The notes under the pieces are model-generated. The model was not told the DNA's origin. It was given only the letters and a program-made list of their open reading frames with translations, and ran no database searches. From a bacterium (GTDB taxonomy: Bacteria; Myxococcota_A; UBA9160; SZUA-336): a DNA stretch of 64,000 nucleotides. Within the stretch, counting starts at the first letter, position 1, and each line of letters starts with the position of its first letter. Below, one piece after another: positions 9,962-19,638 of the stretch. The position numbers and the translations under genes were made by a program. The stretch is taken from NCBI GenBank assembly GCA_024226335.1, contig JAAELY010000266.1, forward strand, positions 9,515-73,514. The letters are read 5' to 3'.

Positions 9962-10554
9962 CCCGACAGAAGTGGGACAAGGCTTCGGCCAATTTCGATC
10001 TGATGGCTGGATACGGACCCGAAAAGCGTTGGGCTCCGCGAAAGCGAGAGTTTTTTGCGCGCATGGGGGAAGGCAAAATCCTCTTCCTCGCGGTTGGGAC
10101 GGGCCTCGATGTGCCGTTTTTTCCCAAGGGGCGTTCAATCGTGGGTATCGACATCAGTGAGGGCATGCTCGAAAAAGCCCGCGAGCGGGTCGATCAGTAC
10201 GAAGGCACGCTCGAGTTGAAGCAGATGGACGTTCACGACATGCCATATGCGGACGGCGAGTTCGATCAGGTGTTCACCTCCTGTACGTTCTGTTCTGTGC
10301 CAAACCCGGTCAAGGGTCTGGAGGCCCTGCGTCGCATCCTCAAGCCAGGTGGCGAACTCCATATGTTCGAGCACACCGGTAGTCGGTTTTTTCCCTTCAG
10401 CTTGATGATGAATCTGATGACGCCGCTCTCGCGTCGTGTCGGTCCCGAGATGAACCGGCCTACCGTGAGGAACGTGGTGGAGGCCGGTTTTACGCTCGAC
10501 GAAGTCGTTCACATCTATCTCGACGTGGTGAAGATCATCCGCGCACACGCCTGA
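9949..10554 (+). CDS. Class I SAM-dependent methyltransferase (type 11 domain)
   Basis: SAM-binding motif I (ILFLAVGTGLDVP) and a post-motif acidic residue pattern (DISEGML, MDVHDMPYADGEFD). Confidence 0.75.
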   Translation: MDDVTRQKWDKASANFDLMAGYGPEKRWAPRKREFFARMGEGKILFLAVGTGLDVPFFPKGRSIVGIDISEGMLEKARERVDQYEGTLELKQMDVHDMPYADGEFDQVFTSCTFCSVPNPVKGLEALRRILKPGGELHMFEHTGSRFFPFSLMMNLMTPLSRRVGPEMNRPTVRNVVEAGFTLDEVVHIYLDVVKIIRAHA

Positions 10555-10635
10555 TACGGGTTTCACCGCTCGCGCGACGAGGGCTCAGGGTCGTGACACC
10601 ACTATTCGGATCACCATCCAGCGGGAGGAACGGAG

Positions 10636-11238
10636 TTGGAACTCGAAGTTTTGCAAAAGGCGATCAAGGGATTTCTGCCCGGATTGCTGGGCATCAGCCT
10701 GGATCAGGCGAACCAGGACGGTGTGAAAGGGAGCCTTCCGGTTCGCGACGACCTGTGCACCCTGCCGGGCATCTTGCACGGCGGTGCGATCATGGCGTTT
10801 GCCGATACGCTCGGCGCGTTCGCGGCTGCCATCAATCTTCCGCCGGGTGCATCGACGACCACGATCGAGTCGAAGACCAACTTCCTGGCGGCCGGTCGGG
10901 CGGGAACGACGGTGACGGGTGAGTGCACGGCGCTGCACCTCGGTCGCCGAACCATGGTCTGGCAGACGCGCGTCACCAACCCCGACGGACGCCTGATCGC
11001 GCTGGTCACCCAGACACAGGCGGTGCTCGAGCCTCGACTCTCTCCCGAGCAGACCATGGCGTCGCTGTTCGACGGCAAGGAGGCCGGGGAGCAGAAGGAG
11101 TTACTGGCCAAGCTGGAGCGTTCTGGTGCCGCGGTGTATCGCGCCCTGGCGGAGGACGAAAGTGATCCGCAGATCCGCGCGAAACTACTGGAGGCGGCCG
11201 AGCGCGAGGAAGAGAACGCCCGCGTGCTGGAGGGGTGA
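10636..11238 (+). CDS. PaaI/4HBT-type hotdog-fold thioesterase with a C-terminal charged extension
   Basis: Hotdog thioesterase core (LHGGAIMAFADTLGAFAA ... GRRTMVWQTRVTN). TTG start with a GGGAGGAA Shine-Dalgarno. An additional helical C-terminal region of about 60 aa. Confidence 0.65.
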   Translation: MELEVLQKAIKGFLPGLLGISLDQANQDGVKGSLPVRDDLCTLPGILHGGAIMAFADTLGAFAAAINLPPGASTTTIESKTNFLAAGRAGTTVTGECTALHLGRRTMVWQTRVTNPDGRLIALVTQTQAVLEPRLSPEQTMASLFDGKEAGEQKELLAKLERSGAAVYRALAEDESDPQIRAKLLEAAEREEENARVLEG

Positions 11239-11258
11239 GGCGAAGCGCGCCTATTTTT
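11238..11258 (+). terminator. Putative rho-independent terminator (GC hairpin plus T-run) between convergent genes
   Basis: AGGCGAAGCGCGCC hairpin followed by TATTTTT, immediately after the thioesterase stop. Confidence 0.35.
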
Positions 11259-12027
11259 CCGGAAGCTTGAAGAGAGCGCGCATTTCAGGACTGTTGCGAG
11301 CAAGGGCAATCAGGTCGCCGTCGGTTTCGGACTCGTCACCCAGCGCAGCCCTGCGCGCGTAGCCTCGCAGTTGCGTCTTGGTCATGTGCACCGCGAGTTC
11401 CGGTTTGTCGAGCAGTTCGCCGACCCAGGCCGCGACTTCGTTGTCGAGATCGTCCTCATCCACGCAGCCGTGAACCATGCCCCAGTGCAGGGCCTTTTCT
11501 GCATCGATGTCGCGACACAGGAGCAGAAGCTCGCGCGTGCGGGCCGCGCCGATTTCGTGAATCAGTCGCGGTGTCGCCGCCCAGGTCAGCGGTACGCCCA
11601 GGGCGACCTCGGGCACGCGGAAGATTGCAGAGCGGGATGCGATGCGGAAATCACAGGAGAGTGCGAAACACGAACCTCCGCCGATGGCATGTCCGTGGAC
11701 GCGCGCAACGGTCACCGCTTCACAGTCTTCGATTGCGCGACACGCGCGACGGCCCAGTTGCCCCAACCAGCGTCGCTCACGCTCGCTCTGCGCCTCGAGC
11801 GGATTGCTGAAGGAGTCGTCGGGCTTTCGGTCCGCACCGGCGCAGAACGACTTTCCGCGGCCACCCAGAACCACTACGCGGGTCTCGAAGTCGGTTTCCA
11901 GAGAGACGAAGAGATCGCCGACTTCGCGAAGCATGCGCGTGTTGACCGCGTTGCGCCGTTCGGGGCGGTTGAGCCAGACCCGCAGCAACGGGCCTTCGCG
12001 TTCGATCTCGAGGGTTTCGTAGTTCAT
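11251..12027 (-). CDS. Enoyl-CoA hydratase/isomerase (crotonase) family protein
   Basis: Crotonase-fold motifs (LNRPERRNAV, GKSFCAGAD). Confidence 0.8.
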   Translation of the reverse strand: MNYETLEIEREGPLLRVWLNRPERRNAVNTRMLREVGDLFVSLETDFETRVVVLGGRGKSFCAGADRKPDDSFSNPLEAQSERERRWLGQLGRRACRAIEDCEAVTVARVHGHAIGGGSCFALSCDFRIASRSAIFRVPEVALGVPLTWAATPRLIHEIGAARTRELLLLCRDIDAEKALHWGMVHGCVDEDDLDNEVAAWVGELLDKPELAVHMTKTQLRGYARRAALGDESETDGDLIALARNSPEMRALFKLPEK

Positions 12028-12088
12028 GGGACGGCTCCTGCTCGGAGTCGTATCCTACACTCCCGGAGGGGTCGAATCGTCTGCGGAG

Positions 12089-12517
12089 TCAGCCGGTGGG
12101 TTTGAGGACCGCGAGCAGTACGATGGCGATCAGGAAGAATGTCGGCACCTCATTGAGCATGCGGCACTGGCGTCCGCTCAGGAAGAGGTCGTCCGCTGCG
12201 AAACGCTTGCGCACGTGTCCCACCCATAAGTGGTATCCCGTCAGCCCAGCGACGAGCGCGAGCTTGATCAGGACCCAGGGTAGAGTCAGGAAACCGGGAG
12301 TGTTGGCCAGCATCAGCAGGCCGAAACTCCAGGTGGCGATGATCGCCGGGGTCATGATGAGTTTCCACAGGCGCTCAGACGCGTGTTTCAACACCCGCAC
12401 CGCCTGCGGATGTTCGCGGTTCTCGGCCTGATACACGAACAGACGGAAGATGTAGAAGAGGCCCGCGAACCAGGCCACCATCGCAATCAGGTGAAGAGCT
12501 TTTAGCCAGAGGTGCAT
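12089..12517 (-). CDS. HemJ/CopD-like membrane protein (protoporphyrinogen IX oxidase HemJ family)
   Basis: 142 aa with four predicted TM helices. Conserved His-containing N-terminal helix (ALHLIAMVAWFAGLFY) typical of UPF0093/HemJ. Confidence 0.65.
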   Translation of the reverse strand: MHLWLKALHLIAMVAWFAGLFYIFRLFVYQAENREHPQAVRVLKHASERLWKLIMTPAIIATWSFGLLMLANTPGFLTLPWVLIKLALVAGLTGYHLWVGHVRKRFAADDLFLSGRQCRMLNEVPTFFLIAIVLLAVLKPTG

Positions 12518-12569
12518 CGCGCTAGGGTCGCAGCGCGAAACCTCTCGTCAAGCCCGGCAGCGCGTCCGG

Positions 12570-13211
12570 CTACTTCTTGTCGTTCCCGTTTTGCATCGAA
12601 GCGATCCCCCGGCCGCGGGAGCGAACATCCGCGGCTTCGTCCGTGCGCCCAAGAGCGTCGAGGGCTTTCGCGGCATCGCGGTAGGAATCGTAGTAGTCCG
12701 GGTCCTTTTTCAGGGCCAGCTTGAACCACTTGAGGGCTTCTTCGTTCTTGCCGCGATACAGATAGATCGCGCCCAGGTCGTGAATCGCACGCGCGTACTC
12801 GGGATCGATCTGCACTGCGCGATTGACGTGCTTCAATGCCTTTTCCTGTTCGCCCGTGTTCATCAGGGCGATGCCCAGATTGTGGTGGGTGACCGGATCA
12901 TCGGGTGCGCTGGTCAACGCGATCCGGTAGGAATCGACGGCTTCCGTGAAGCGGCCCTTCGCAGCCAGGGTCTCTCCGATCCGCGGATCCATTGTGACGG
13001 CGTGCTCAAACAGCTGTTTGGCGGCCGCCGCGTCACCGCTCTTCTTCTTTTCGATTCCCATTTCGTAGACCGCCATGGGGTCGTCTGGAAGATCGGCCTG
13101 GAGCTCAGACGCGTTGGAGCAGGCGAGCGGAATCGCCAGCAGCGAGATGATGATCCACGACTGGAGGAACGTTTCGAACGGCTTGTATGCGATCGGCTTT
13201 GAAACAAACAT
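12570..13211 (-). CDS. Tetratricopeptide-repeat lipoprotein
   Basis: Signal peptide with a lipobox (LLAIPLAC). Several TPR-like repeats (AAAKQLFEHAVTMDP, ALKHVNRAVQIDP, ALKWFKLALKKDP). Confidence 0.7.
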   Translation of the reverse strand: MFVSKPIAYKPFETFLQSWIIISLLAIPLACSNASELQADLPDDPMAVYEMGIEKKKSGDAAAAKQLFEHAVTMDPRIGETLAAKGRFTEAVDSYRIALTSAPDDPVTHHNLGIALMNTGEQEKALKHVNRAVQIDPEYARAIHDLGAIYLYRGKNEEALKWFKLALKKDPDYYDSYRDAAKALDALGRTDEAADVRSRGRGIASMQNGNDKK

Positions 13212-13488
13212 GTCGGAAATCTACCGGAGTCCCGATTGCTGGCAAGGCGAGAACTCGGTCCTTTCCGTCAGCTTTATCGCGGAGTGTCAGGGGTGACGCG
13301 AGTGTCCGCGGTCGTGGCGGAACTGACGTCTCGCGGATCCTAAAGACCCGTTCGCAAGAGGATTTCCGCGGGACAATTCTGTCGCCGTTCGGCCAGGTCC
13401 AGGCTCGGTTTTTCTGCAAATCAAACGCGATTGAGTCTGACTCCGGGTCCGGGTAGGCTGGGCCCGAACTTTCCAGGAGGGCCGTGGA

Positions 13489-13791
13489 TTGATCGTAGTT
13501 GCCGGAAGGATCCAACTGGATCCCGCAAATCGAGAGCAGGCCGTTGCCGCCGCGGTCGAGATGATGCGCGAGACCCGGAAAGAAGCCGGGTGCATCTCCT
13601 ACACCTTTTCGACAGATCTTTCCGATCCCGGCGAGTTTCACATCTTCGAGGAATGGGAGTCGCAACAGGCGCTCGACGCTCATCTGGCTTCTCCTCATAT
13701 GGCGGTTTTCCAGCAGACCTTCGGAGGTTTTGGGATTACCGCGATGGACGTGCAGAAGTACCAGGTGTCCTCGGTCGGACCCATTCACTGA
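13489..13791 (+). CDS. Antibiotic-biosynthesis-monooxygenase (ABM) domain protein
   Basis: About 100 aa with a ferredoxin-like ABM pattern (IVVAGRIQL ... FHIFEEWESQQALDAHLASPHM). Confidence 0.55.
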   Translation: MIVVAGRIQLDPANREQAVAAAVEMMRETRKEAGCISYTFSTDLSDPGEFHIFEEWESQQALDAHLASPHMAVFQQTFGGFGITAMDVQKYQVSSVGPIH

Positions 13792-13838
13792 GGGGATCGC
13801 TTCACTGACCTGTCGGGTCGATAGATAGAATGCCGTAA

Positions 13839-15437
13839 ATGGAATTCACTGATTTCGTCCTGCTCGTGACCTTCGGGTTGCTGCTCGTGATGATGATTGC
13901 GCCGGTCCTTGTTCTGGCGGCGCTGTACTGGTCCGATCGCCGTCAAGCCCAACACGCCGTGCTGCGGAACTTTCCGCTGCTCGGCCGCCTGCGCTATTTC
14001 CTCGAGCACCTCGGGCCCGAGTTGCGCCAGTACCTGTTCGATGCAGACCGTGAGGGCAAACCGTTTTCCCGCGATCAGTATCTGAGCGTCGTTTTCTCGG
14101 GCAAGTACCTCAAGAGCCTGATCGGATTCGGATCCAAGCGAGACTTCGAAAAGCCCGGCTGGTACTTGCGCAATACTCTTCTGCCCGTGCTCATGGATGA
14201 AATGGCGGTAGTGCGTCAACCCCGCATCGAAACCCGCACCTATCAGATCGATGAGGAGGGACTCTTCCGGCGCAGCGAACGCATGGTGAGTGATCAGATC
14301 TCTCCATGGAGATTGAGCGATGATTTCGCGCCGGTGATAGGGGAAGGCCTGCCTCACCCGTGGAAACTTCGCGGACTGATCGGCATGAGCGGCATGTCGT
14401 ACGGTGCACTCGGTCGCAATGCGATCCTCGCCATCAGCAAGGGTGTGGGCAGGGCGACGGGTAGCTGGATCAACACCGGCGAAGGTGGGCTTTCTCCGCA
14501 CCATCTCGCGGGCGGTGGCGATATCGTGTTTCAAATCGGCCCGGGTCTTTTCGGAGTGCGAACTCAGGCGGGCGAATGGGACTGGGATCTGTTCGCTGAG
14601 CAGGCCGCTCGGTCGCAAGTTCGCGGTTTCGAGCTGAAGTTTCACCAGGGAGCCAAGATTCGCGGCGGCCACGTCGAGGGTGTGAAGGTAACGTCGGAGA
14701 TCGCGGGGATCCGCAGAGTCCCGGTAGGCAAGACGATCGACTCTCCCAATCGTTTCACCATGCTGGCCTCGATCGACGAGACCCTCGACTGGATTGCGCG
14801 AATGCGACAGGAGGGCGGAAAACCCGTTGGCCTGAAGATCGTGGTCGGCGGACCCGGAGCCTGTGATCCACTGGCACAGGCGATGGCGCGTCGAGGAGAT
14901 GGACCGGATTGGATCACCGTCGATGGTGGTGAGGGGGGCTCCGGTGCTTCCTACCAGGAGATGGCCGAGACGATGGGGCTCCCTGTGCGTTCGGGAATCG
15001 TCGCTCTCGACGACGCACTGCGACGCGCGGGCGTGCGCGAACGAGTCAAGGTCTTCGCTTCAGGGATGTTGCTTTCCCCCGATCGCATCGCATTGGCGTT
15101 GTGTCTCGGTGCCGATGCTGTCAACATCGCACGCGCCTTGATGATTTCGGTGGGCTGCATCCAGGCACAGAAGTGCCACACCAATACCTGCCCCGTAGGT
15201 GTTGCAACCACAGATGAGAACCTGATGACCGCGCTTGTCGTCGAAGAGAAATGCTATCGCGTGTTGAACTACGTCGTCACGATGCGTGCGGGCTTGACCT
15301 CTCTGGCCGCTGCCGCCGGGATCCACTCACCCACGCAGTTCGAACGCAAGCACGCCGTCTATCGCGATGCCTTCGGCCGTGTCTACGCCGCCGATGAGTT
15401 GTTTCCCCTCCCGGAAACGAGTGAACGAATAACGTGA
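13839..15437 (+). CDS. FMN-binding glutamate-synthase-family protein (GltB FMN-domain-like), membrane-anchored
   Basis: N-terminal TM helix. GltS FMN-domain motifs (QGAKIRGGHVEG, GGEGGSGAS, FASGMLLSPDRIALALCLGADAVNIARA, QKCHTNTCPVGVATTD). Confidence 0.75.
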   Translation: MEFTDFVLLVTFGLLLVMMIAPVLVLAALYWSDRRQAQHAVLRNFPLLGRLRYFLEHLGPELRQYLFDADREGKPFSRDQYLSVVFSGKYLKSLIGFGSKRDFEKPGWYLRNTLLPVLMDEMAVVRQPRIETRTYQIDEEGLFRRSERMVSDQISPWRLSDDFAPVIGEGLPHPWKLRGLIGMSGMSYGALGRNAILAISKGVGRATGSWINTGEGGLSPHHLAGGGDIVFQIGPGLFGVRTQAGEWDWDLFAEQAARSQVRGFELKFHQGAKIRGGHVEGVKVTSEIAGIRRVPVGKTIDSPNRFTMLASIDETLDWIARMRQEGGKPVGLKIVVGGPGACDPLAQAMARRGDGPDWITVDGGEGGSGASYQEMAETMGLPVRSGIVALDDALRRAGVRERVKVFASGMLLSPDRIALALCLGADAVNIARALMISVGCIQAQKCHTNTCPVGVATTDENLMTALVVEEKCYRVLNYVVTMRAGLTSLAAAAGIHSPTQFERKHAVYRDAFGRVYAADELFPLPETSERIT

Positions 15438-16486
15438 GGCGCTGGCTTCTTTGCCTACTGGGACTGCCTGCTGCGCTGATCGCGTGTCTGATCGCAGGGA
15501 TCCTGGCGTATGCGCTGTGGCAGGATCGCGACCTCCCCGGCCTGTGGCGTTCCTTCGGCCGGGACGACCGACCCTTCACGGTTGATCCTGATTCACTCGA
15601 TCGCGCAGCATTCGCCGATCCTGTTTTCGTGGGTACCCTGGGAAGTCCACAGATTTCCGAGGCCAGCGGGCTCGCAGCTTCAAGTCGACGCGACGATCTG
15701 CTCTGGGTTCTCAACGACGGAGGCCATCCTGCTCGCCTGTACCCGATTGCCCTGAACGGAAGCGACCGCGGTTCGTTTGTATTGCCTGAAGAAGTTCACT
15801 GGAACGAGGACTGGGAGGACCTGACTTCCTTCGTGTGGCAAGGCCGGTCCTACCTGATGATCGGAGACGTCGGTGACAACTTCGCCTGGCACCGAACGCG
15901 CCGTCTGATCGTGGTCGAAGAGCCGGAACTCTCGCAGTCCGCCGCCGACTGGGCAGCGCCGGTCGAAGTCGCCTGGAGCTTCGAGTTCCGTTACGAAGAC
16001 GGGCCCCGGGATTGCGAGAGCATCGCGGTCGATCCGGCGAGCGAGCGCGTGCTCCTGCTCGAGAAGGCCGAACCCCCCATGACGGTCTATGAGCTTCCAC
16101 TTCGCTCCTCTGGCAGTGAACCTGAAGTCGCTCGAGCGATCGCCGTCGTGGACACGATTCCGCAACCCACGCGAATCGATCGCAAGATGCACGGATTTCG
16201 CGGGGACTGGCTCTCGCGACCCACGGCGCTCGATGTGTCTCCGGACGGGCGAGAGGCCGTCGTGCTGACCTACAAGTACGCCTATCGCTACACGAGAGCT
16301 GAGGGTGAGGCCTGGTCGACGGCTTTCGCACGAGTGCCCGAGTTCATCATCGTGCCGCCGACGCGACAGGCCGAGGCTATGAGTTTCGATCGCACCGGGC
16401 GTTCCCTGTACGTGACGAGTGAACAGCAGCCTTCTCCATTGTTTCGCATCGACCGGGTTTCTCCCCATTCCGGTCAACCCCAATAA
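15434..16486 (+). CDS. Hypothetical membrane-anchored protein (possible beta-propeller domain)
   Basis: N-terminal TM/signal segment and no catalytic motif recognised. The start overlaps the upstream stop (ATGA-type coupling). Confidence 0.4.
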   Translation: MRRWLLCLLGLPAALIACLIAGILAYALWQDRDLPGLWRSFGRDDRPFTVDPDSLDRAAFADPVFVGTLGSPQISEASGLAASSRRDDLLWVLNDGGHPARLYPIALNGSDRGSFVLPEEVHWNEDWEDLTSFVWQGRSYLMIGDVGDNFAWHRTRRLIVVEEPELSQSAADWAAPVEVAWSFEFRYEDGPRDCESIAVDPASERVLLLEKAEPPMTVYELPLRSSGSEPEVARAIAVVDTIPQPTRIDRKMHGFRGDWLSRPTALDVSPDGREAVVLTYKYAYRYTRAEGEAWSTAFARVPEFIIVPPTRQAEAMSFDRTGRSLYVTSEQQPSPLFRIDRVSPHSGQPQ

Positions 16487-16526
16487 GCCGCGACAGTGTC
16501 TAACGCTCAAGCGAGAGGAAGTTCAG

Positions 16527-17375
16527 ATGATGGAATCCGTTGACCGCGTTCAGATCGCGGTGAGCGATCGAGCCGCGACTGCGCACTGCTGGAAAACCCT
16601 GCTCGGTGCTGAGATCGTGCGTGAGGACAAGGTTCAGGTGCTCGCTGCGCGTCGAACCGTGCTCGCGGCCGGAACGAGCGAGGTGGAACTCCTCGAGCCA
16701 GACGGCCACGGGGCGATCGCGAATTTCCTTTCCGCTGTCGGCGGCCCCGGACTCTACGCTGCGGGTTTTGAAAGCGATGATTTCGATGCGCTGAGAGCCA
16801 GCCTCAAGAAGGCTGGAGCTGCGCTCGCGGAGGAGGGGGGACAGATCTTTCTTGCCGAGGCCGCGCTCGGGATTCCCGGACTCAATGTCGTCGTGAGCCC
16901 CGTCCAATCGCGCGCACCCGTGGGGCTCCTGAAGTGTCTCTACGAAGTGACCCTTCTGGTCGCGGATGCGCGCGGCAGCACCGCTGCGATTGCGGATTGC
17001 TTCGGGCTCGACAGCCGCCACTTCGTCGCGATCGACTCGGAGGCCTATGGCTATCGCGGCAGCTTGACTCTGTTCGATCCCGATCGCCTGGACCGCGTCG
17101 AGGTGATCCACCCGCACGATCGCACGAAGACCATGGGCCGCTTCTTCCAAAAACGCGGTCCCTGCCTCTACATGTGCTACGCCGAGACCGAGCGAAGCAC
17201 GGAAATCCGCGATCGTGCACTCGAACACGCGTCTTCGGACTGGACCGGCCCCGAGGCGGGTCGCCCCGACGGTCTGTACTTGCATCCGAAGGCTCTGGGT
17301 GGAGTCATGCTGGGTGTCAGCCGTACGAGTTTCGCCTGGAGTTGGTCGGGGTCCCCGGAGCGAATCGAGCCCTGA
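16527..17375 (+). CDS. Two-domain VOC (glyoxalase/bleomycin-resistance/dioxygenase) superfamily protein
   Basis: Start at MMESVD with a GAGAGGAAG Shine-Dalgarno. Internal duplication pattern typical of two-module VOC proteins. Low-specificity call. Confidence 0.45.
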   Translation: MMESVDRVQIAVSDRAATAHCWKTLLGAEIVREDKVQVLAARRTVLAAGTSEVELLEPDGHGAIANFLSAVGGPGLYAAGFESDDFDALRASLKKAGAALAEEGGQIFLAEAALGIPGLNVVVSPVQSRAPVGLLKCLYEVTLLVADARGSTAAIADCFGLDSRHFVAIDSEAYGYRGSLTLFDPDRLDRVEVIHPHDRTKTMGRFFQKRGPCLYMCYAETERSTEIRDRALEHASSDWTGPEAGRPDGLYLHPKALGGVMLGVSRTSFAWSWSGSPERIEP

Positions 17376-17414
17376 CCGCGCGCAGACGTTCGTGGGTTTG
17401 TCTATGCTCGGGTA

Positions 17415-18071
17415 ATGGGAGTATCCGCTTCGCAAAAGACGCTTCGATTTCTTCTCCTGTATCTGCTTTTGGGTGGCTGCGTTTTTCCCCAAGCACCCCC
17501 GCGCGAAGCGGCGCGCTCTGTCTCTACGACCCGGAAGGCCGAAACGCCTCTGCCATCTCCAGAAGATGAAGCGCGTGCGGAGAGGCAGCGGGCGGCGCTC
17601 GAATCGGGCATCGGCTCTTTGACACATGCAAGTGTCGGGTATTACATGGACTTGCAGGAGAGCCGCATGCGCAAAAGGCTCAACGATACGGGTGTGAGTC
17701 TGCGCCGCGTGGACAATCGTCTCAAGCTCGTGTTGCCGGGGAATCTGACTTTCAAGGTCGGTCAATCCACTCTCAATCCATCGTTCCGCGAAGTGCTCGG
17801 TACTGTGGCCGATCTGCTGAAGTTCTACGAGAAGACGTTGATAGAGATCAGCGGTCACAGTGACAGTTCCGGCGGGCCAGCGATGAACGAACGCCTCTCG
17901 CTGCAACGCGCGCAGACCGTCGCGGTTTTTCTCGTGGAGCGTGGCGTTCAAACCATGCGGATCTACAGCCAGGGAATCGCGGACCGTCTACCCATTGCGA
18001 GCAATGACTCCAAGGAGGGAAGGGCGCTCAATAGAAGGGTAGAGCTTTTTCTCGTGCCACTGGTGGAGTAG
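17415..18071 (+). CDS. OmpA-family lipoprotein (C-terminal OmpA peptidoglycan-binding domain)
   Basis: Signal peptide with a lipobox-like LLGGC. C-terminal OmpA-like motifs (ISGHSDSSG, NERLSLQRAQTVAVFLVERG, NRRVELFL). Confidence 0.75.
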   Translation: MGVSASQKTLRFLLLYLLLGGCVFPQAPPREAARSVSTTRKAETPLPSPEDEARAERQRAALESGIGSLTHASVGYYMDLQESRMRKRLNDTGVSLRRVDNRLKLVLPGNLTFKVGQSTLNPSFREVLGTVADLLKFYEKTLIEISGHSDSSGGPAMNERLSLQRAQTVAVFLVERGVQTMRIYSQGIADRLPIASNDSKEGRALNRRVELFLVPLVE

Positions 18072-18102
18072 AATCAGTCGATCCCATTGGAGATCCGAAT
18101 CC

Positions 18103-18531
18103 ATGAGAACAACACGCCCTTCGCAGCTCACTCAACGCAATCGGCGAACGCCAGGTGCGAAAACTATTTCGCACCTGGTTCCACTTCTGATCGTGGCCTG
18201 TTTCGCCTTCTGGCTGCCGCGAGATGCAAGCGCTTCCGATGAGTTCGAGCACGGGTTCAAACACGAACTCGGACGCATCGCGGCTCACGAAGCCGTGGGG
18301 ATCGGGCGTGCTCTGATCGGCGCAATCTTCGGCCACGGCTCTCACGAGCACCGCGGAAGCCACGGTCACGAGGATTCGCACTGCGAACACGATCACCATG
18401 CCTGCTCGCATTGCGATCACCACCACTACGGCGGGCGCCACCACGGTCACGCGGGACGGTACTACGGGAGCGTCCGCTACCGACACGAGCATTCCCGGTC
18501 CCATACATCTCGTGGACGCCACTGGGACTGA
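18103..18531 (+). CDS. Histidine-rich secreted small protein (putative metal-binding)
   Basis: Arg-rich N-terminus followed by a hydrophobic signal segment (LVPLLIVACFAFWLP..ASA). Mature part has about 23 His and 3 Cys in about 100 aa (HGSHEHRGSHGHEDSHCEHDHHACSHCDHHHYGGRHHGH). Confidence 0.5.
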   Translation: MRTTRPSQLTQRNRRTPGAKTISHLVPLLIVACFAFWLPRDASASDEFEHGFKHELGRIAAHEAVGIGRALIGAIFGHGSHEHRGSHGHEDSHCEHDHHACSHCDHHHYGGRHHGHAGRYYGSVRYRHEHSRSHTSRGRHWD

Positions 18532-18573
18532 TCTTTTCCGTCCGAGCGGCGCTCGCCCCGACGGGGGTGAGCC

Positions 18574-19638
18574 TTAGCAGCAGCTGGGTCCTTCGTTGCT
18601 TTCGTCGGTATACGCGTCGTGAAAATGGCCGCGATCGACGAACACTTCCCGTTCGGCGGCCAGGGCGAGTGTGCGCTGAACATCGATGATGTGCGGACCG
18701 TCTCGGAGCACGGACAGACGCGCGCACTGGCCTTCGACCAGGCTTCGGGAACGGTCTCCGTCGAACGCCAGTACTGCGGGACCGTGCGCTGTGATGGCTT
18801 CGCCCAGTTCGAGTGACTGTGAATGGCGGACCCGAGCAGTTCGGTACAGACCCGGCGAGATCGGGACCAGTAGATCTCGACCTTCGCTTTCTGGATCACC
18901 ACACTCGACCAACACGCCGAAGTCGTCGTCGAAGCCGCAGGGGTGCAGGAGTCCGCCGATCGGCGATACACCCACCGCTCCGGGTTCAGCGCGCGCCAGG
19001 ACGATTTGTTGCATCCTGGCGGGGTCAAAAGGCAAGAAGCTCCCGAGTCGATCACCGACGAGGACGACTGCGTCAATCAACGCCAGGTCATCGTCCTCGC
19101 CATCGATCTGTACGTGGACGCGTTTCGCTCGGCGCGAAACTTCTTCCAGCGCGACATTGCCAGAGGCGACCAGTCCAGCGGCGGCGCCAGCAGTGGTTGC
19201 CTCGCACATCATCGGAAACACGTTGTTGGTTCCGGTCGACAGCGGGACCATGGGTGCGTCGGGCCACGCCTGAGTCACGACACGATGCGTGCCGTCGCCG
19301 CCCAGAACCAGTAATGCGCCACAGTCTGCTGCGCGCATGGCATGGACCGCTCGGACTGTGTCAGCGGCTTCGAGCCGCGCATCGACGTCGAGCACCTCGA
19401 TCTTGGCATCGAGTCTCAGATTCTCGACGGCGCTCGTCGAGATGCGAAACGGTTCCCGCAGCACGATCACGTGCTGCGCTCCTCCCGCGACCGCACCGAC
19501 GACTGCGCGTGCGACCTGATCTCGTTTGGCCTCGTGCGTGGTGGTACTGGCGCGCGCGACCATGCGTCGAACGTCGCGACCGGACAGTGGATTTGCCAGG
19601 ATCGCTACGGGTTTCGGCTGAGCAGGAGAGGATTTCAT
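18574..19638 (-). CDS. ATP-NAD kinase / diacylglycerol-kinase-fold family protein (AcoX-like)
   Basis: GGDGT motif (LVLGGDGTHR) and an NAD-kinase-like N-terminal region. Start at MKSSP (ATG at 19638). Confidence 0.6.
   Translation of the reverse strand: MKSSPAQPKPVAILANPLSGRDVRRMVARASTTTHEAKRDQVARAVVGAVAGGAQHVIVLREPFRISTSAVENLRLDAKIEVLDVDARLEAADTVRAVHAMRAADCGALLVLGGDGTHRVVTQAWPDAPMVPLSTGTNNVFPMMCEATTAGAAAGLVASGNVALEEVSRRAKRVHVQIDGEDDDLALIDAVVLVGDRLGSFLPFDPARMQQIVLARAEPGAVGVSPIGGLLHPCGFDDDFGVLVECGDPESEGRDLLVPISPGLYRTARVRHSQSLELGEAITAHGPAVLAFDGDRSRSLVEGQCARLSVLRDGPHIIDVQRTLALAAEREVFVDRGHFHDAYTDESNEGPSCC

Noticed and set aside
16500-17951. 483-aa minus-strand ORF
   Set aside because: Lies entirely antisense to two well-supported plus-strand genes (the VOC protein and the OmpA-family lipoprotein). 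It has low-complexity Arg/Ala-rich composition typical of spurious open frames in high-GC DNA.
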